Shown: positions 48,860-59,287 of the stretch, in pieces
Layout: every line of letters begins with the position of its first letter
Position numbering within the stretch: position 1 is the first letter of the stretch
NCBI GenBank assembly: GCA_965205975.1
Contig: OZ242195.1
Span: 2,976,001 to 3,040,000, forward strand
DNA: 64,000 nt
Reading direction: 5' to 3'
DNA from: Candidatus Latescibacterota bacterium
GTDB taxonomy: Bacteria; Latescibacterota; UBA2968
Made by a program: the position numbers and the translations under genes
Notes under the pieces: model-generated
Told to the model about the DNA's origin: nothing
Database searches by the model: none
What the model saw: the letters and a program-made list of their open reading frames with translations, nothing else

Positions 48860-49870
48860 ATGAACCGTGTTCGTATTGGCGTTATCGGCGTGGGCAATAT
48901 CGCCCGCAACTACCATTTACCCCCTGTACACGCACTCCCAAAAGCCGAACTCGTCGCCGTTGCAGACCTCGACGAATCACTCAGATCAAAAGCACAGAAG
49001 CAATTCGGCTTTCGCGATGCGTACACCGATTACCGTCGCATTTTAGACCGCGACGACATTCACGCCATCATGCTCCTCACCCGCGTGAATACACGCACCG
49101 AAATCATTCCCGCAGCCCTCGAAGCGGGCAAACACGTCTTCACCCAAAAACCCTTTGCACTGACAAATGAAGACGCCGAGTTTCTCGCCCAGGTAGCCAG
49201 ACGCACAGGCAATCGCCTCGTCTGCAGCTTCATGCATCGCTACTTTTCGCATACCCAGGGGGCGCGTCAAATCCTGAAAGAGGGCAAAATCGGCCGCCTC
49301 GAAATGGTGCGACATCGCAACTGCATTGGCAGCCACTACGACAACGCCGTTCGCTTGTGGGGTGGTGTCCTCGACATCGGTACACACGGCATAGACGTCA
49401 TCCGGTATCTCACCGAACAAGACGTCGTCAAAGTGCAAGCCATGATGGACCCCTATCTCACCAATGCAAACCTGCCGATAGACCCCACCATCAACCGCCC
49501 CAATGAAACCGTAGCCATCATGAATTTCGAAATGTCTGGCGGCACCCTCGTCACCTTTGAAATGCACTGGACCCAACGCGGTGGCGCAGGAGGCTATTAC
49601 GCCGAACACTACGGCGATAGCGGCTCGATGTTCATCAAACATCCCATTGCGCCCGCAACCCTCGTTTACACCCAGAGCCGCAAAGGCGACTGGATTCAAC
49701 CCGACCTCGAACAGCATCCCAAAGGCCACCTGCACCACAAAATCTTCATAGACGACATCCTCAACAACACCTGTGAAAGTGCCACCCCCGAAGACGCCGT
49801 GGCCACTGTAAAAATTATCAACGCCGCTTACGAAGCGGCACAAACCGGAAAAACAATCACCATAGACTAA
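48860..49870 (+). CDS. Gfo/Idh/MocA family oxidoreductase
   Basis: IGVIGVGNI, GKHVFTQKP, GGVLDIGTHGID. Confidence 0.9.
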   Translation: MNRVRIGVIGVGNIARNYHLPPVHALPKAELVAVADLDESLRSKAQKQFGFRDAYTDYRRILDRDDIHAIMLLTRVNTRTEIIPAALEAGKHVFTQKPFALTNEDAEFLAQVARRTGNRLVCSFMHRYFSHTQGARQILKEGKIGRLEMVRHRNCIGSHYDNAVRLWGGVLDIGTHGIDVIRYLTEQDVVKVQAMMDPYLTNANLPIDPTINRPNETVAIMNFEMSGGTLVTFEMHWTQRGGAGGYYAEHYGDSGSMFIKHPIAPATLVYTQSRKGDWIQPDLEQHPKGHLHHKIFIDDILNNTCESATPEDAVATVKIINAAYEAAQTGKTITID

Positions 49871-49887
49871 CAAAAGGACATAATGCT

Positions 49888-50832
49888 ATGAGAATCGCGC
49901 TCGTCATTCGCCCATTCACCAATGAAAACCTCCAGACCGCGCTTCAAATGGGCGTGGAAGATGTCGTAACGGTCTTACCCAATGCTGGTCCCATCTGGGA
50001 TTATCTCGCCATCTTGCGCCACAAAAAACGCATTGAAGACCAGGGCTTGCGCTGGTCTGTGGTCGAATCTGTTCCCATCTCGGACAATATCAAACTGGGC
50101 CTTGAAGGCCGCGACCGGGAAATCGACAACTACTGCCAGACCATTCGCAACCTCGGCGCAGCGGGCATTCCCGTAATGTGCTACAACTGGATGGCTGTCT
50201 TTAACTGGATGCGCACCTCAATGACCACCCGCACGCGCGGCAATGCCCTGACCAGTACCTACGATCACAGCGACATGGAAGACGCGCCACCCATCACAGA
50301 CTATGGCGACATCACCGAAGAACGCCTCTGGGAAAACCTCGAATACTTCCTCAAAAGAGTAATACCCGTTGCCGAAGAAGCCGGCGTCAAACAGGGCCTT
50401 CACCCCGACGACCCCCCGCTCTCGCCCATTCGCGGCGTTGCCCGCATCATCACCAGCCCCGAGGCCTATGATCGCGTCATCTCTTTTATCCCCAGCGAAT
50501 ACAATGGCATCACCTATTGCCAGGGCAACTTCAAAGCCATGGGAGCCGATATTCCAGCCACCATTCACCACTTCAAAGACCACATCCACTTCGCCCACTT
50601 CCGCGACCTTCACGGTCAGGTACCCACCTTCTCCGAATCCTTTCACGACGACGGCGACACCGACATGGCAGAAGCCATTCGCGCGTACAAAGCAATTGGA
50701 TTTAAGGGCGTCGTTCGCCCCGACCACACGCCCACCTTTGCGATAGACCAGGAGGATATAGGCGGCTATAACTTCCTCGGACGGCTCTATGCAGTCGGTT
50801 ATATGCGCGGGCTAATACATGGAACAGACTAA
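49888..50832 (+). CDS. uxuA: Mannonate dehydratase
   Basis: WSVVES, CYNWM, LHPDDPP, HFAHFRD, RPDH, GRLYAVGY. Confidence 0.9.
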   Translation: MRIALVIRPFTNENLQTALQMGVEDVVTVLPNAGPIWDYLAILRHKKRIEDQGLRWSVVESVPISDNIKLGLEGRDREIDNYCQTIRNLGAAGIPVMCYNWMAVFNWMRTSMTTRTRGNALTSTYDHSDMEDAPPITDYGDITEERLWENLEYFLKRVIPVAEEAGVKQGLHPDDPPLSPIRGVARIITSPEAYDRVISFIPSEYNGITYCQGNFKAMGADIPATIHHFKDHIHFAHFRDLHGQVPTFSESFHDDGDTDMAEAIRAYKAIGFKGVVRPDHTPTFAIDQEDIGGYNFLGRLYAVGYMRGLIHGTD

Positions 50833-50837
50833 TCAAT

Positions 50838-50872
50838 AAAAAAAGGCTGCGATCTTACGACCGCAGCCCTTT
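50838..50872. terminator. Bidirectional intrinsic terminator
   Basis: A7-GGCTGCG...CGCAGCC-CTTT between convergent uxuA and porV-like genes. Confidence 0.75.
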
Positions 50873-50896
50873 GTGTAGCTAATGGGAGAGCTTCAC

Positions 50897-51913
50897 TTAG
50901 AAGCCAACGCCAACAGAAACGCGAATGGGATATTCATCAAGTGCCTCAGCCCTTGAATACGATACATCCACACCCACACTCTGATCGCCCAACTTCTGAC
51001 GCAAGCCTGCACCCACTGTCCACGACTCGGAGTCATAACCGATCTTGTAACCACCACGCAACGCCAGCATGTTCTGTACCCATGCTTCCGCGCCAAAGTG
51101 ATAACGGTTGATCGAGTCTGTGAAGAACATCTGTTCAACTGCCACTGTGACTGACAGCGGATCACCCAGATTCCCATAGACTTCAGCAGCACCCGACAGG
51201 TTGAATACCATCGGGAAACGCGCCTTCTGACCTATCACGTCCTGGTCGCCGCCCAGATTGCGCATCGACATACCCAGACGTGTGGAATGAAAGCCCGTGT
51301 AAAAGAGCGTACCAAAATCTATGTCATAAGACGAATACGACTGCAAATCCAGGTCTTCCTGAACCCAGCGCAGATTACCACCCACACTCAACTTATCTGT
51401 CACCTGCTTGGCAATGGTCAGACCAACAGCCATGTCGCCTGCTGTGGCCATGCGACCCGTGCCGCCGGGTTGAGATGAGGTGGTCTCTTCAAATTCATCT
51501 GTGGTAAAATACGCAAAGTTGACTGCAAAGGTCGCCACATTCGTCTTGGCACCAATGGCAAACGTCCCCATTGAAGACCCCACAATCCACTTCAGGTAAG
51601 AAGCTGTCAGCGCGTAGCGCTCAATCTGCGTTGCGCCAGCAGGGTTGTAAAACACAGCCGACAGATCATTGCCAACAGACGAATACGCATCGCCCATACC
51701 TGCTGAGCGCGCATTGCCCGTCAGCTTCAAGAATCCATAAGAAGTCGTCGTAACGCGAGCATACTTAATCAGATCCGTTTCAGGAGGCACGCGCGTCCTA
51801 TCCACGGGAAAAGGTCCTAATGAATCCTGAGTCGGCCGCTCTTCCTGAGCCTGTGCATACATCGGCAGGGCAAGCGCAACAGCCAGACCGAAGAGCAGTG
51901 CTTTCTTAAACAT
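50897..51913 (-). CDS. PorV/PorQ family outer membrane protein
   Basis: Signal peptide; FLKLTGNARSAGMGDAY..VGNDLSAVFYNPAG; terminal GVGF. Confidence 0.88.
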   Translation of the reverse strand: MFKKALLFGLAVALALPMYAQAQEERPTQDSLGPFPVDRTRVPPETDLIKYARVTTTSYGFLKLTGNARSAGMGDAYSSVGNDLSAVFYNPAGATQIERYALTASYLKWIVGSSMGTFAIGAKTNVATFAVNFAYFTTDEFEETTSSQPGGTGRMATAGDMAVGLTIAKQVTDKLSVGGNLRWVQEDLDLQSYSSYDIDFGTLFYTGFHSTRLGMSMRNLGGDQDVIGQKARFPMVFNLSGAAEVYGNLGDPLSVTVAVEQMFFTDSINRYHFGAEAWVQNMLALRGGYKIGYDSESWTVGAGLRQKLGDQSVGVDVSYSRAEALDEYPIRVSVGVGF

Positions 51914-51949
51914 TGTCTTTCTCCTTTTTTATGTCTGACGCTTCGCGCC

Positions 51950-54607
51950 TTACTTGATGATCACGAAAGTGCCGGTCTGTGTTACGCCTTCTGATCCCGG
52001 CATCAAAGACGTGACTTTCCAGAAGTATATGCCAGGGAACATCGCCTCACCAAAGTTAGACGGACGATTCTCGGCAAGCTGGATATAAGTCACTTCGCCC
52101 TTCAGAGGATCCTGATTGTAGAAGGTCCAGATTCGCTGACCCGTCACATCGTAAAGGTCGATCTGACAGCGACCTGGCAGATTCGTAAACCGCATATTCT
52201 GCTGGCGGTTGTACGTATGCAAATCGCTATCCACCTTGAACGGATTGGGAACCACGCGAACCTGCTCTTCGAGGCGATCAAATACTGCTGCACCAGGAAC
52301 AACGGGAACAATACCCGTACGAGAACCGTACACAGCACCCAAAGAGGTGTTCTGCGCGGCTTCAAGGACCGGTATGCCTGAATGATGTACCCAGTCAGCA
52401 TGACCAGAGTCATACATACGCACACTATACCAGTTGGGGAAGCCTGCGTTCGTGCCCTGATCGTCAAACAGATATGTGCCGGGAATTTCAGGACCAGCAA
52501 CGGGATCAAGACCGCCGTGTACACCGGGATGGGCATACTGATTCGTCAGCAGCGGAATACCCGTTGGCCAGGAACCGCTCTTAACCGTTGTCCACGTACG
52601 AGAAGGATCATAAGAGACACCTGTGGGCAAATTGCCCGCACGCGCATCCTCGAATGAAAACTCCGTCACATACTCCCACTCGCCCTGATATTCAACATTG
52701 GAGCGATAGATGCGATACCCGCGCAAATCCTGTGCCTCGGCGCCAGAATAATCTGGATCCATTGCTTCTTCGCCAAAGACACTCCAACGAATCTGCGTCT
52801 TACCCTGAAGGTTGGAATCCCACGCCACCTTGGTATTCGGCGGCTGATTGGGAAGATCATAACCCCAGTTATACCACTGAATCGCATTCTCAAAGTGATC
52901 GAACAACACATCTTCACCAAGGGGAATCTCGGGCTGACGATCTGCCAACTCCGTAGGCTCAGCCCCCCTGCCACCGTAGTGGTTCATCCAGCCCATATTG
53001 AAGGGCATGGCATACTTCTTGTAATCGTCATACTTGGCGTGATCTGCTGCAAGACCCGCCACATAGGCGACCACCACTTTGGCCTTCTCACCTGGTGCCA
53101 GCGTGTAGGGACCATAAGATACCAGCGTTGAGTAATGCCCAGGCGTGTCATTTTCAGCAGTATAGCCGCCATTGGCAACCGCGTCGTAAATCTGAGCATC
53201 GCCCGCACGGTCTGGCGAGGGATAGTCAAAGTCATTCTTCGAGCGATAGCCGTGGAAGAGCACCGAAGCGGGCTGTTGCATGCTCTCATCGTGCCCTGTG
53301 GCCGGATTGTCGTGCGGTGCCACATACATCGCATCATCCACACCGCCATAGCGCATAAACGGCGGGAAGGCATCCACAGTGCCCAGACCAAAATACTGAC
53401 CGTGCTGAATCATCCCTTCGCGCACCCAGGTCTGTTCGCGGGTATAGCGCTCACGGGCAATGGCATAGCGATAGGGATCGCCTAAATCATTGATCAGATT
53501 GGAAATGTGATCGGAGTCCCCATCGTGGTAATACGTCATAAAATGACCGTCATTGGCAAGGTCAACACCACGCTGCAAACCAGCAGATTTGCCAAGCGCA
53601 GAGGTGTAATCCCCACGGCTGACGCCATTGAGGTAATTGGCTGCCAATGTATTGCGATAATAATCATCGCGCGTGTAATCGCGCGGGTGATTCCAAGAGG
53701 TTGACCGCCAGCCAGAAGCCTGACCCGCGTGGAAGCGGTTGGCAAAGGTGATATACACACCTTCAGCCGTCGAACCCGAATTGTTCACCACTTCGTTGTC
53801 AACGACAAAATACTCATCGTGATCGGGATGCGCCGTGGAAAACCACTTGCGCGTCCATTCCAGACCCGAGGCAGAAGAACCGCCTTCTTGGATACCGATC
53901 ATCTCGGGAAAATCATCTTCGGACAGCGATTCTACCCACGAAGGCGCGCTGTACTGCGGGAATTCTCCAGAACCAATGCGCTGGGCAAAAGGCTCATTGC
54001 TATTGTAGCGACCAAAACGGAAGTTCCAGACAACAACAGCCCGATTCGTCCCGGGCGATCCGCTGGAAATGCCGTGGGCTTCGGGCCACCAGTTGGTCAG
54101 GCGGTCTGCAACCGTCGATCCCGCGATATTGGGCGCATCGCTACCACTATCTCTGCGAATCGCCATTGCCCATCCACCGTTTTCTACAACGCCTACATAA
54201 GCTTCGGGCATCTGCGTCATATCGTGGGCACGACCAACAAGGTCTGAAGACGTAATACGCGGACCTGCATACGTACCGTGGGGGCTGCCACCCGTATTGG
54301 AAAGCACCCAGAAGCCTTCACCACCTGTATTCGACTTGGCATTCCAGCCTTCGCGCTCAGAACCGCCTGAATACACCTTGATATTGCGGCCCTGAGGATA
54401 CGAAAACGAAGACTGTGCCAACTTTGTCTCGTTATCTTTTTTCCCCGTCATGCCCGGATTGTGGAGCGTGTGACCGATTTGACCCCGGGACATCGAGATT
54501 CTGGCATTGCCGGGCCATTGAGCCTGAGCCTGTGTGACCAGACCCGCCAGGCACATGCCAACTCCGGCGAAAAATCCGGAAGCGTAAAACCAGAGCTTTT
54601 TGGACAT
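51950..54607 (-). CDS. Large exported protein with T9SS type-A-like C-terminal sorting domain
   Basis: Signal peptide ending AQA; GYRIYRS; C-terminal VRVVPNPF..FTNLP..IDLYDVTGQRI..PGIYFWKV..TGTFVIIK. Confidence 0.8.
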   Translation of the reverse strand: MSKKLWFYASGFFAGVGMCLAGLVTQAQAQWPGNARISMSRGQIGHTLHNPGMTGKKDNETKLAQSSFSYPQGRNIKVYSGGSEREGWNAKSNTGGEGFWVLSNTGGSPHGTYAGPRITSSDLVGRAHDMTQMPEAYVGVVENGGWAMAIRRDSGSDAPNIAGSTVADRLTNWWPEAHGISSGSPGTNRAVVVWNFRFGRYNSNEPFAQRIGSGEFPQYSAPSWVESLSEDDFPEMIGIQEGGSSASGLEWTRKWFSTAHPDHDEYFVVDNEVVNNSGSTAEGVYITFANRFHAGQASGWRSTSWNHPRDYTRDDYYRNTLAANYLNGVSRGDYTSALGKSAGLQRGVDLANDGHFMTYYHDGDSDHISNLINDLGDPYRYAIARERYTREQTWVREGMIQHGQYFGLGTVDAFPPFMRYGGVDDAMYVAPHDNPATGHDESMQQPASVLFHGYRSKNDFDYPSPDRAGDAQIYDAVANGGYTAENDTPGHYSTLVSYGPYTLAPGEKAKVVVAYVAGLAADHAKYDDYKKYAMPFNMGWMNHYGGRGAEPTELADRQPEIPLGEDVLFDHFENAIQWYNWGYDLPNQPPNTKVAWDSNLQGKTQIRWSVFGEEAMDPDYSGAEAQDLRGYRIYRSNVEYQGEWEYVTEFSFEDARAGNLPTGVSYDPSRTWTTVKSGSWPTGIPLLTNQYAHPGVHGGLDPVAGPEIPGTYLFDDQGTNAGFPNWYSVRMYDSGHADWVHHSGIPVLEAAQNTSLGAVYGSRTGIVPVVPGAAVFDRLEEQVRVVPNPFKVDSDLHTYNRQQNMRFTNLPGRCQIDLYDVTGQRIWTFYNQDPLKGEVTYIQLAENRPSNFGEAMFPGIYFWKVTSLMPGSEGVTQTGTFVIIK

Positions 54608-54725
54608 GGATACTGCTCCTCTATAGGAGTGATTGATGACATCTTTACTACTTGCGATCTACTGCGTTACCCCGGCGACTTCAAGCGAAAATATTGACCA
54701 TCCCTCCTCTCTGCGTGAAGCCGGC

Positions 54726-54751
54726 AGTGTGCAGGCGCCCCTGCACACTAC
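54726..54751 (-). repeat. GTAG-type REP-like hairpin
   Basis: Minus strand GTAGTGTGCAGG-GGCG-CCTGCACACT, perfect 10-bp stem. Confidence 0.65.
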
Positions 54752-54816
54752 TCAAATTATCAGTTTTGTAGTACGATATAAACTAATAACTGGGATTAGA
54801 AGTTCCCTTTTTTTTA

Positions 54817-54842
54817 GAAGGGCGCGGTTTTGCGCGCCCTTC
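54817..54842. other. Perfect 10-bp hairpin just after the TonB receptor stop
   Basis: GAAGGGCGCG-GTTTTG-CGCGCCCTTC; followed by an A-run, not a U-run, on the coding strand. Confidence 0.55.
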
Positions 54843-54848
54843 CGCAAT

Positions 54849-57800
54849 CTACCACTTGATGCGCAAGCTGAATTGCATCTCGCGCGGAGAATCCCAATAG
54901 TTGCCGATATCGTTGATTTCGGGTGCTTGCAGACCCAGCGCAAGAATATCGACATTGGTAGGCTCTAAACCCATGATGCCATACTGCTGATAGCGATCAG
55001 AATCCCAATCTTCCGGGACCCCACCAAGGGCATTCTGGCGCCAGTCCTTCTGATTAAACAAATTGTATATCTCCACAGCCACGGTTATGTTCACGCCCGA
55101 CATATTGCCAAATACCTTCTCGGCATTGAAGTCTGCACGCGTATGGAGGGGACCTTGACGGAATCCCTGAATACCGCCCGTGCTATACGTAAACCTGTTA
55201 CCCGCGTAGAGATAATACACCAGGTTGGAGCGAAGATTGCCCAGAGCTTTGCCACCAAAAGGACCGTAGTTCGATGGCGTCGCAAACAAGAACGTAATCG
55301 AACCATAGCTGCGGCGGTCGGCGGTCAGCGGGGCGCGCTCGCCAGATTCCTGGTTGTGCGCCACTGCCAGCGTACCTTCGCCACTTCCCGGATTGCCGGG
55401 ATGGTTGCCAGCGCGTTCCCAATATTCCCTGTCTCCATCGTCGTAATGGCCCAGACTCGATCGGGCTTCATCGGCGACAAACTGCGCGCCTTCTGACGAA
55501 TAGTGAGAATACCAGGGAATCCACGACCACGCACCACCTGTGCCAGTGAAATTCACTATTCTGGTATGTTGAGTCCGCAAATAAATATTCGCCTGGTTTC
55601 CATACGCCTCAATGTAGTGATTATCGGGCAACCCTTCGCGACGGGCTTTTTCCTGCAATGACACGGGAATCTCTGCACCCGTCGTGGGATCGACATCCCA
55701 GGTGTTCCAATAGTACCCACTGGCTACGAACTGAGAGTCGGGCCATACATCGCGGCGGTGCGCGCTATTGCGCCCTCCGTCTGCCCACTGCAGGTTGTAG
55801 CCTACATTGAACGAGAACATGTTCGAGAATTTCTTGCGCAAATTGATCTCGAAACCGCGGACATCGCGCCAGTCGCCCGGTCCAGAACCTTGAACGCCCG
55901 TCACATACTGATGGCCTCCTGGATCGATCCACTGCTGTGAGGCGCTTCTGATCCTATTGCCCGACGCCTTGTAAAAAGTCGTCAAACCGAGCACATAATC
56001 GCTCACAAAGTTCCAGTCTAAGCCTACCTCAAAAGAAGTGGTTTCTTCGGGAGGCAAATACGGCGTGCCGTGCCGTGATCCCGAGTCATTGAACTCGTTG
56101 AACTGTTCGCCGGGATCAATCACGCCATTGCCATTCAGATCTCTATCCACGGCCTCATTGGACGTGAATTCGTTCATGAACATTTCGTGGAATTGCGGGC
56201 GCTGCGTAAACCGACCGTAGAAGAAGCGCACGAGGCTCTTTTCTGTAATCGGATGCGACACGCCAATGCGAGGCTGAAATGCTTTGATCGTGGGTCCCTT
56301 GGTTGTGGGAATATAGGCGGAACGCGTCATGCCATTCCAGGGAGCCTTAGCACCGTACCAGGCATCGGAGTCTTTGATATAGGTATTCGGGAAGAAAAGC
56401 TCGCCCCTTATACCCGCATTCACAATCATCCCCTCAAACTCGATCTTGTCCTGAATATAGACACCAAAATCAAGGGGATTGAGGCCCACATTGTCCCCAC
56501 TGGGCCAGAATGCCGTATCTGTATAGTTCTGGGAGAACCAGCGCAGGCGACGGTGCGTGGGACCATCTGACCACCGCTGCTGATACCAGTTGTTGTAGCG
56601 GATGATTTCCACACCGGCTTTCACAAAGTTCTGCTTGTTCACCTGGCTGGAAAGATCTGCCTTAAAGCTCAACCGCTTGTAGCCATACATGCTCCAGTTG
56701 TGCGTTTCGCGGTAAATCGTGTAGTGACCTGCCGCATCCTTCACACTCGAAGACGTCAGTTTGTCACCCACCAAAAAGTGGGGATGAAATCCCGTTGTGT
56801 CGCGCGTCGTCGCCGAATACCCCAAATTCACTTCGTAAAAAGTCTTGGGAGACAGAGAATGCGTCACAGCACCGTAAAACAAGGCATCTGTGGTAACGTA
56901 AGTTACCCGTTGGATTTACGACGTGCAAAAAGATATTTTTACCGCTGTTGCGCAAATCCAATCTGCCGCCTTCGGTCGGGCCACCAAAGGTTTTCACTGC
57001 TATTGTAAACCCCCCCTAATCGCAACTTCAAGCTGGGAGAAGCAGAAAACGTCAGCTTCCCCGTATTCCGCGTATTTGGGGGCGTCGTCAAATTGGCATT
57101 CAACAATGCCTGTGGCTCTTTGCGCCAGACCGTACTGGCAAAAAATGTCATGTCCTGACTCAGCGGACCCGCGATATTGGCATCGATGCGATGTCCCATT
57201 TTGCCCGTGTAGTCCAGGCGCTTGTGCGCCTGCACGATGTCATTGGCGCCATCGCCATCGAGATCAGCGGGGATCTCGACCTGCTCTGCAACCCAGGCGG
57301 CATTATCCCACTGGTTGCTACCCCGGTGCATGGGCGAATCGTACACATTCGCACCCCAGTGCTTCTGTCCGGCAGGTGTGAATCGATAGTCCAGCATACC
57401 GCTGTATGACGAACCACCATCGCGCGTCACCATCGAAACCACGCCACCCTGGGCATTGCCATACTCGGCGTTGTAACCACCCGTGATCACCTGGAGTTCC
57501 TGAACCGCACTCTTGTTCAAGGTGCGTCCAATACCCGTGCGAGAACCATAGGAGTCGGTCGTTGAAATGCGAACGCCATCCACGATGTATGCCACATCCT
57601 CGCGGTCTCCGCCGCGGATCATAAGCTCATCGCCTTCGGCATCGATTGAAACGCCAGCCTGAAGCTCGATGAACTCGCCCATATCGCGCACGATGGGCAC
57701 GGCTTCCAGATCCTCGGCACTCATAATATACTTACTCGTCGTCTTATCTGGCTCAACGGGCGGGCGCTCTGCAATCACTGTGATTTCGCCCAATTCCAGC

Positions 57801-58123
57801 GCAGCTTCTCGAATCTGGAAATCAACCGTCGTCGTCAAGTCAACTTGAACCCTGATGTTGGTCTGACGCTGTGAATCATAACCCACCAGCGAGGCCGTCA
57901 TCGAATACGTGCCGGGATCGACGAGCAAAATCACAAAAAATCCATCGCTATCGGTGACCGCACCGCGCTGTGTGCCTTCAATCACCACATTGGCACCCGG
58001 CAATACCTCACCCGTCTGCGCGTCGCGCACTGTACCCTGCATTTTTCCCGTTGTCGCGGCATGTGAAATACCCGCGCTAACAAGCAAGGACAGCACAACT
58101 ATTGAAAGTATCTTTTGCATCAA
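54849..58123 (-). pseudogene. TonB-dependent receptor interrupted by two +1 frameshifts (real or sequencing artefact)
   Basis: 56939-58123 has signal peptide, carboxypeptidase-regulatory-like domain and plug (IRGG, TGGYNAEYGNAQGGVV); 54849-56882 has the barrel (YIQDKIEFEGMIVNAGIR, QPRIGVSHPIT, NLFN..PR); a third frame bridges 56905-56990. Confidence 0.85.
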
Positions 58124-58135
58124 CTTTTACCTCCT

Positions 58136-58909
58136 TTAGTCCCAAAAATAAAACTTGAACCCAGCACTCAGATCAAACATCTGAAGCGGAAATGCCTTAT
58201 CCAGACCCCATGCATCTCGAGGGCGGAGTTCGCCGAGAATAAAATGATACCGCGCACGCACATCCAGCGCGATCGTCTGCGTCACATGCGCTTCCAACCC
58301 CAACCCCAACACTGCGGTCACGGCCGTGCGCGTATCTTCCTGACGGTCCATCACTACCTGGGGCAAAACATCGCCCTGGGCATCTACATTCGTCGCATCT
58401 ACACCGTTGGCATCGGTCGGACTCTGCCCGGGCCACACGATATTTTCTGCTACGGTCTTGTGATCGTACACACCGCCACCCGCGACGATATAGGGCGAAA
58501 AACTCCCCTCATCCATTGAACGGTCTGCATTAAAAAACCACAATCCGGACAATAGCACGCTATTAAAGCGATTCGTGTGCGAACTATTCGGGTTGATATC
58601 TTTGCTGCTATATTGTTTGGCTGTCAAAGCCTTGGGAGACCAGGTAAACTCACCGGTTTCCAGAGCACCACCATCCATCTGGGTGTGGTGAAACTCGGCT
58701 TCAACGGTCAGACGAGAGCTACTCACACGACTGGCAGTAAGCCCCCATTTATCCACACCACTGCCAAACCGCTCACCAAAGGTGAACATGGGATTGGTAT
58801 AGCTGACAAACCCGCCCAAACCCCATTTGCCGGCAACCTGAGCCGATGACATGCTTGCCGAAGCCAAAATACCTGCAGCGACAAAACTCAGAACTTTAAA
58901 CCATCTCAA
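58136..58909 (-). CDS. Small outer-membrane beta-barrel protein
   Basis: Signal peptide, SPYIVAGGGVY, LGLGLE, LDVRARYH, terminal GFKFYFWD; TTG start with AGGAGG. Confidence 0.8.
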   Translation of the reverse strand: MRWFKVLSFVAAGILASASMSSAQVAGKWGLGGFVSYTNPMFTFGERFGSGVDKWGLTASRVSSSRLTVEAEFHHTQMDGGALETGEFTWSPKALTAKQYSSKDINPNSSHTNRFNSVLLSGLWFFNADRSMDEGSFSPYIVAGGGVYDHKTVAENIVWPGQSPTDANGVDATNVDAQGDVLPQVVMDRQEDTRTAVTAVLGLGLEAHVTQTIALDVRARYHFILGELRPRDAWGLDKAFPLQMFDLSAGFKFYFWD

Positions 58910-59102
58910 AGTGCTACCTCCTTTCGCAAACTGCGAAAAATGAACGACTTAACAACTTTACTATGCAACGCAAAACAAATCTGTACGCTATTCACCACCT
59001 CCTTTTGTTTGTTATCACATCTGAAACATATAACCAAAAAATAGCTATCAAGACATAATAGATTGAAACTTTGTTTCCAAATTATTTCCAAAAATTCACT
59101 TT

Positions 59103-59153
59103 AATGTAAAAAAAAGTAACACGCTATGCAATCATTTTTTTCAGCAATCATTT
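59103..59153 (-). promoter_or_regulatory. Candidate promoter with direct-repeat site for the TonB/PorV operon
   Basis: Minus strand TTGCAT-N17-TACATT; GCAATCATTT occurs at 59128 and 59144, overlapping the -35. Confidence 0.45.
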
Positions 59154-59169
59154 ACAATGCAAACACCGG

Positions 59170-59287
59170 ATCGCGGCTTAAATGACAGGGCGAAGCAGGC
59201 CGCGATAACGGGACGGCACAGGGGCCGTCCCTTACGCCGATAACCTAATACCTCCCCTCTGTGTTCATCCGTGTTAATCTGTGGTTG
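59170..59287. repeat. Two hairpins (one REP-like) plus a decamer tandem repeat
   Basis: ATCGCGGC..GCCGCGAT; minus strand GTAAGGGACGGCCCCTGTGCCGTCCC; ctctgtgttc atccgtgtta atctgtggtt. Confidence 0.7.

Noticed and set aside
54810..54842. Intrinsic terminator after the TonB receptor
   Set aside because: The hairpin is followed by As rather than Us on the coding strand; more likely a stabilising hairpin.
56764..56997. Independent 77-aa gene
   Set aside because: Its first ~30 codons are the bridging frame of the broken TonB receptor.
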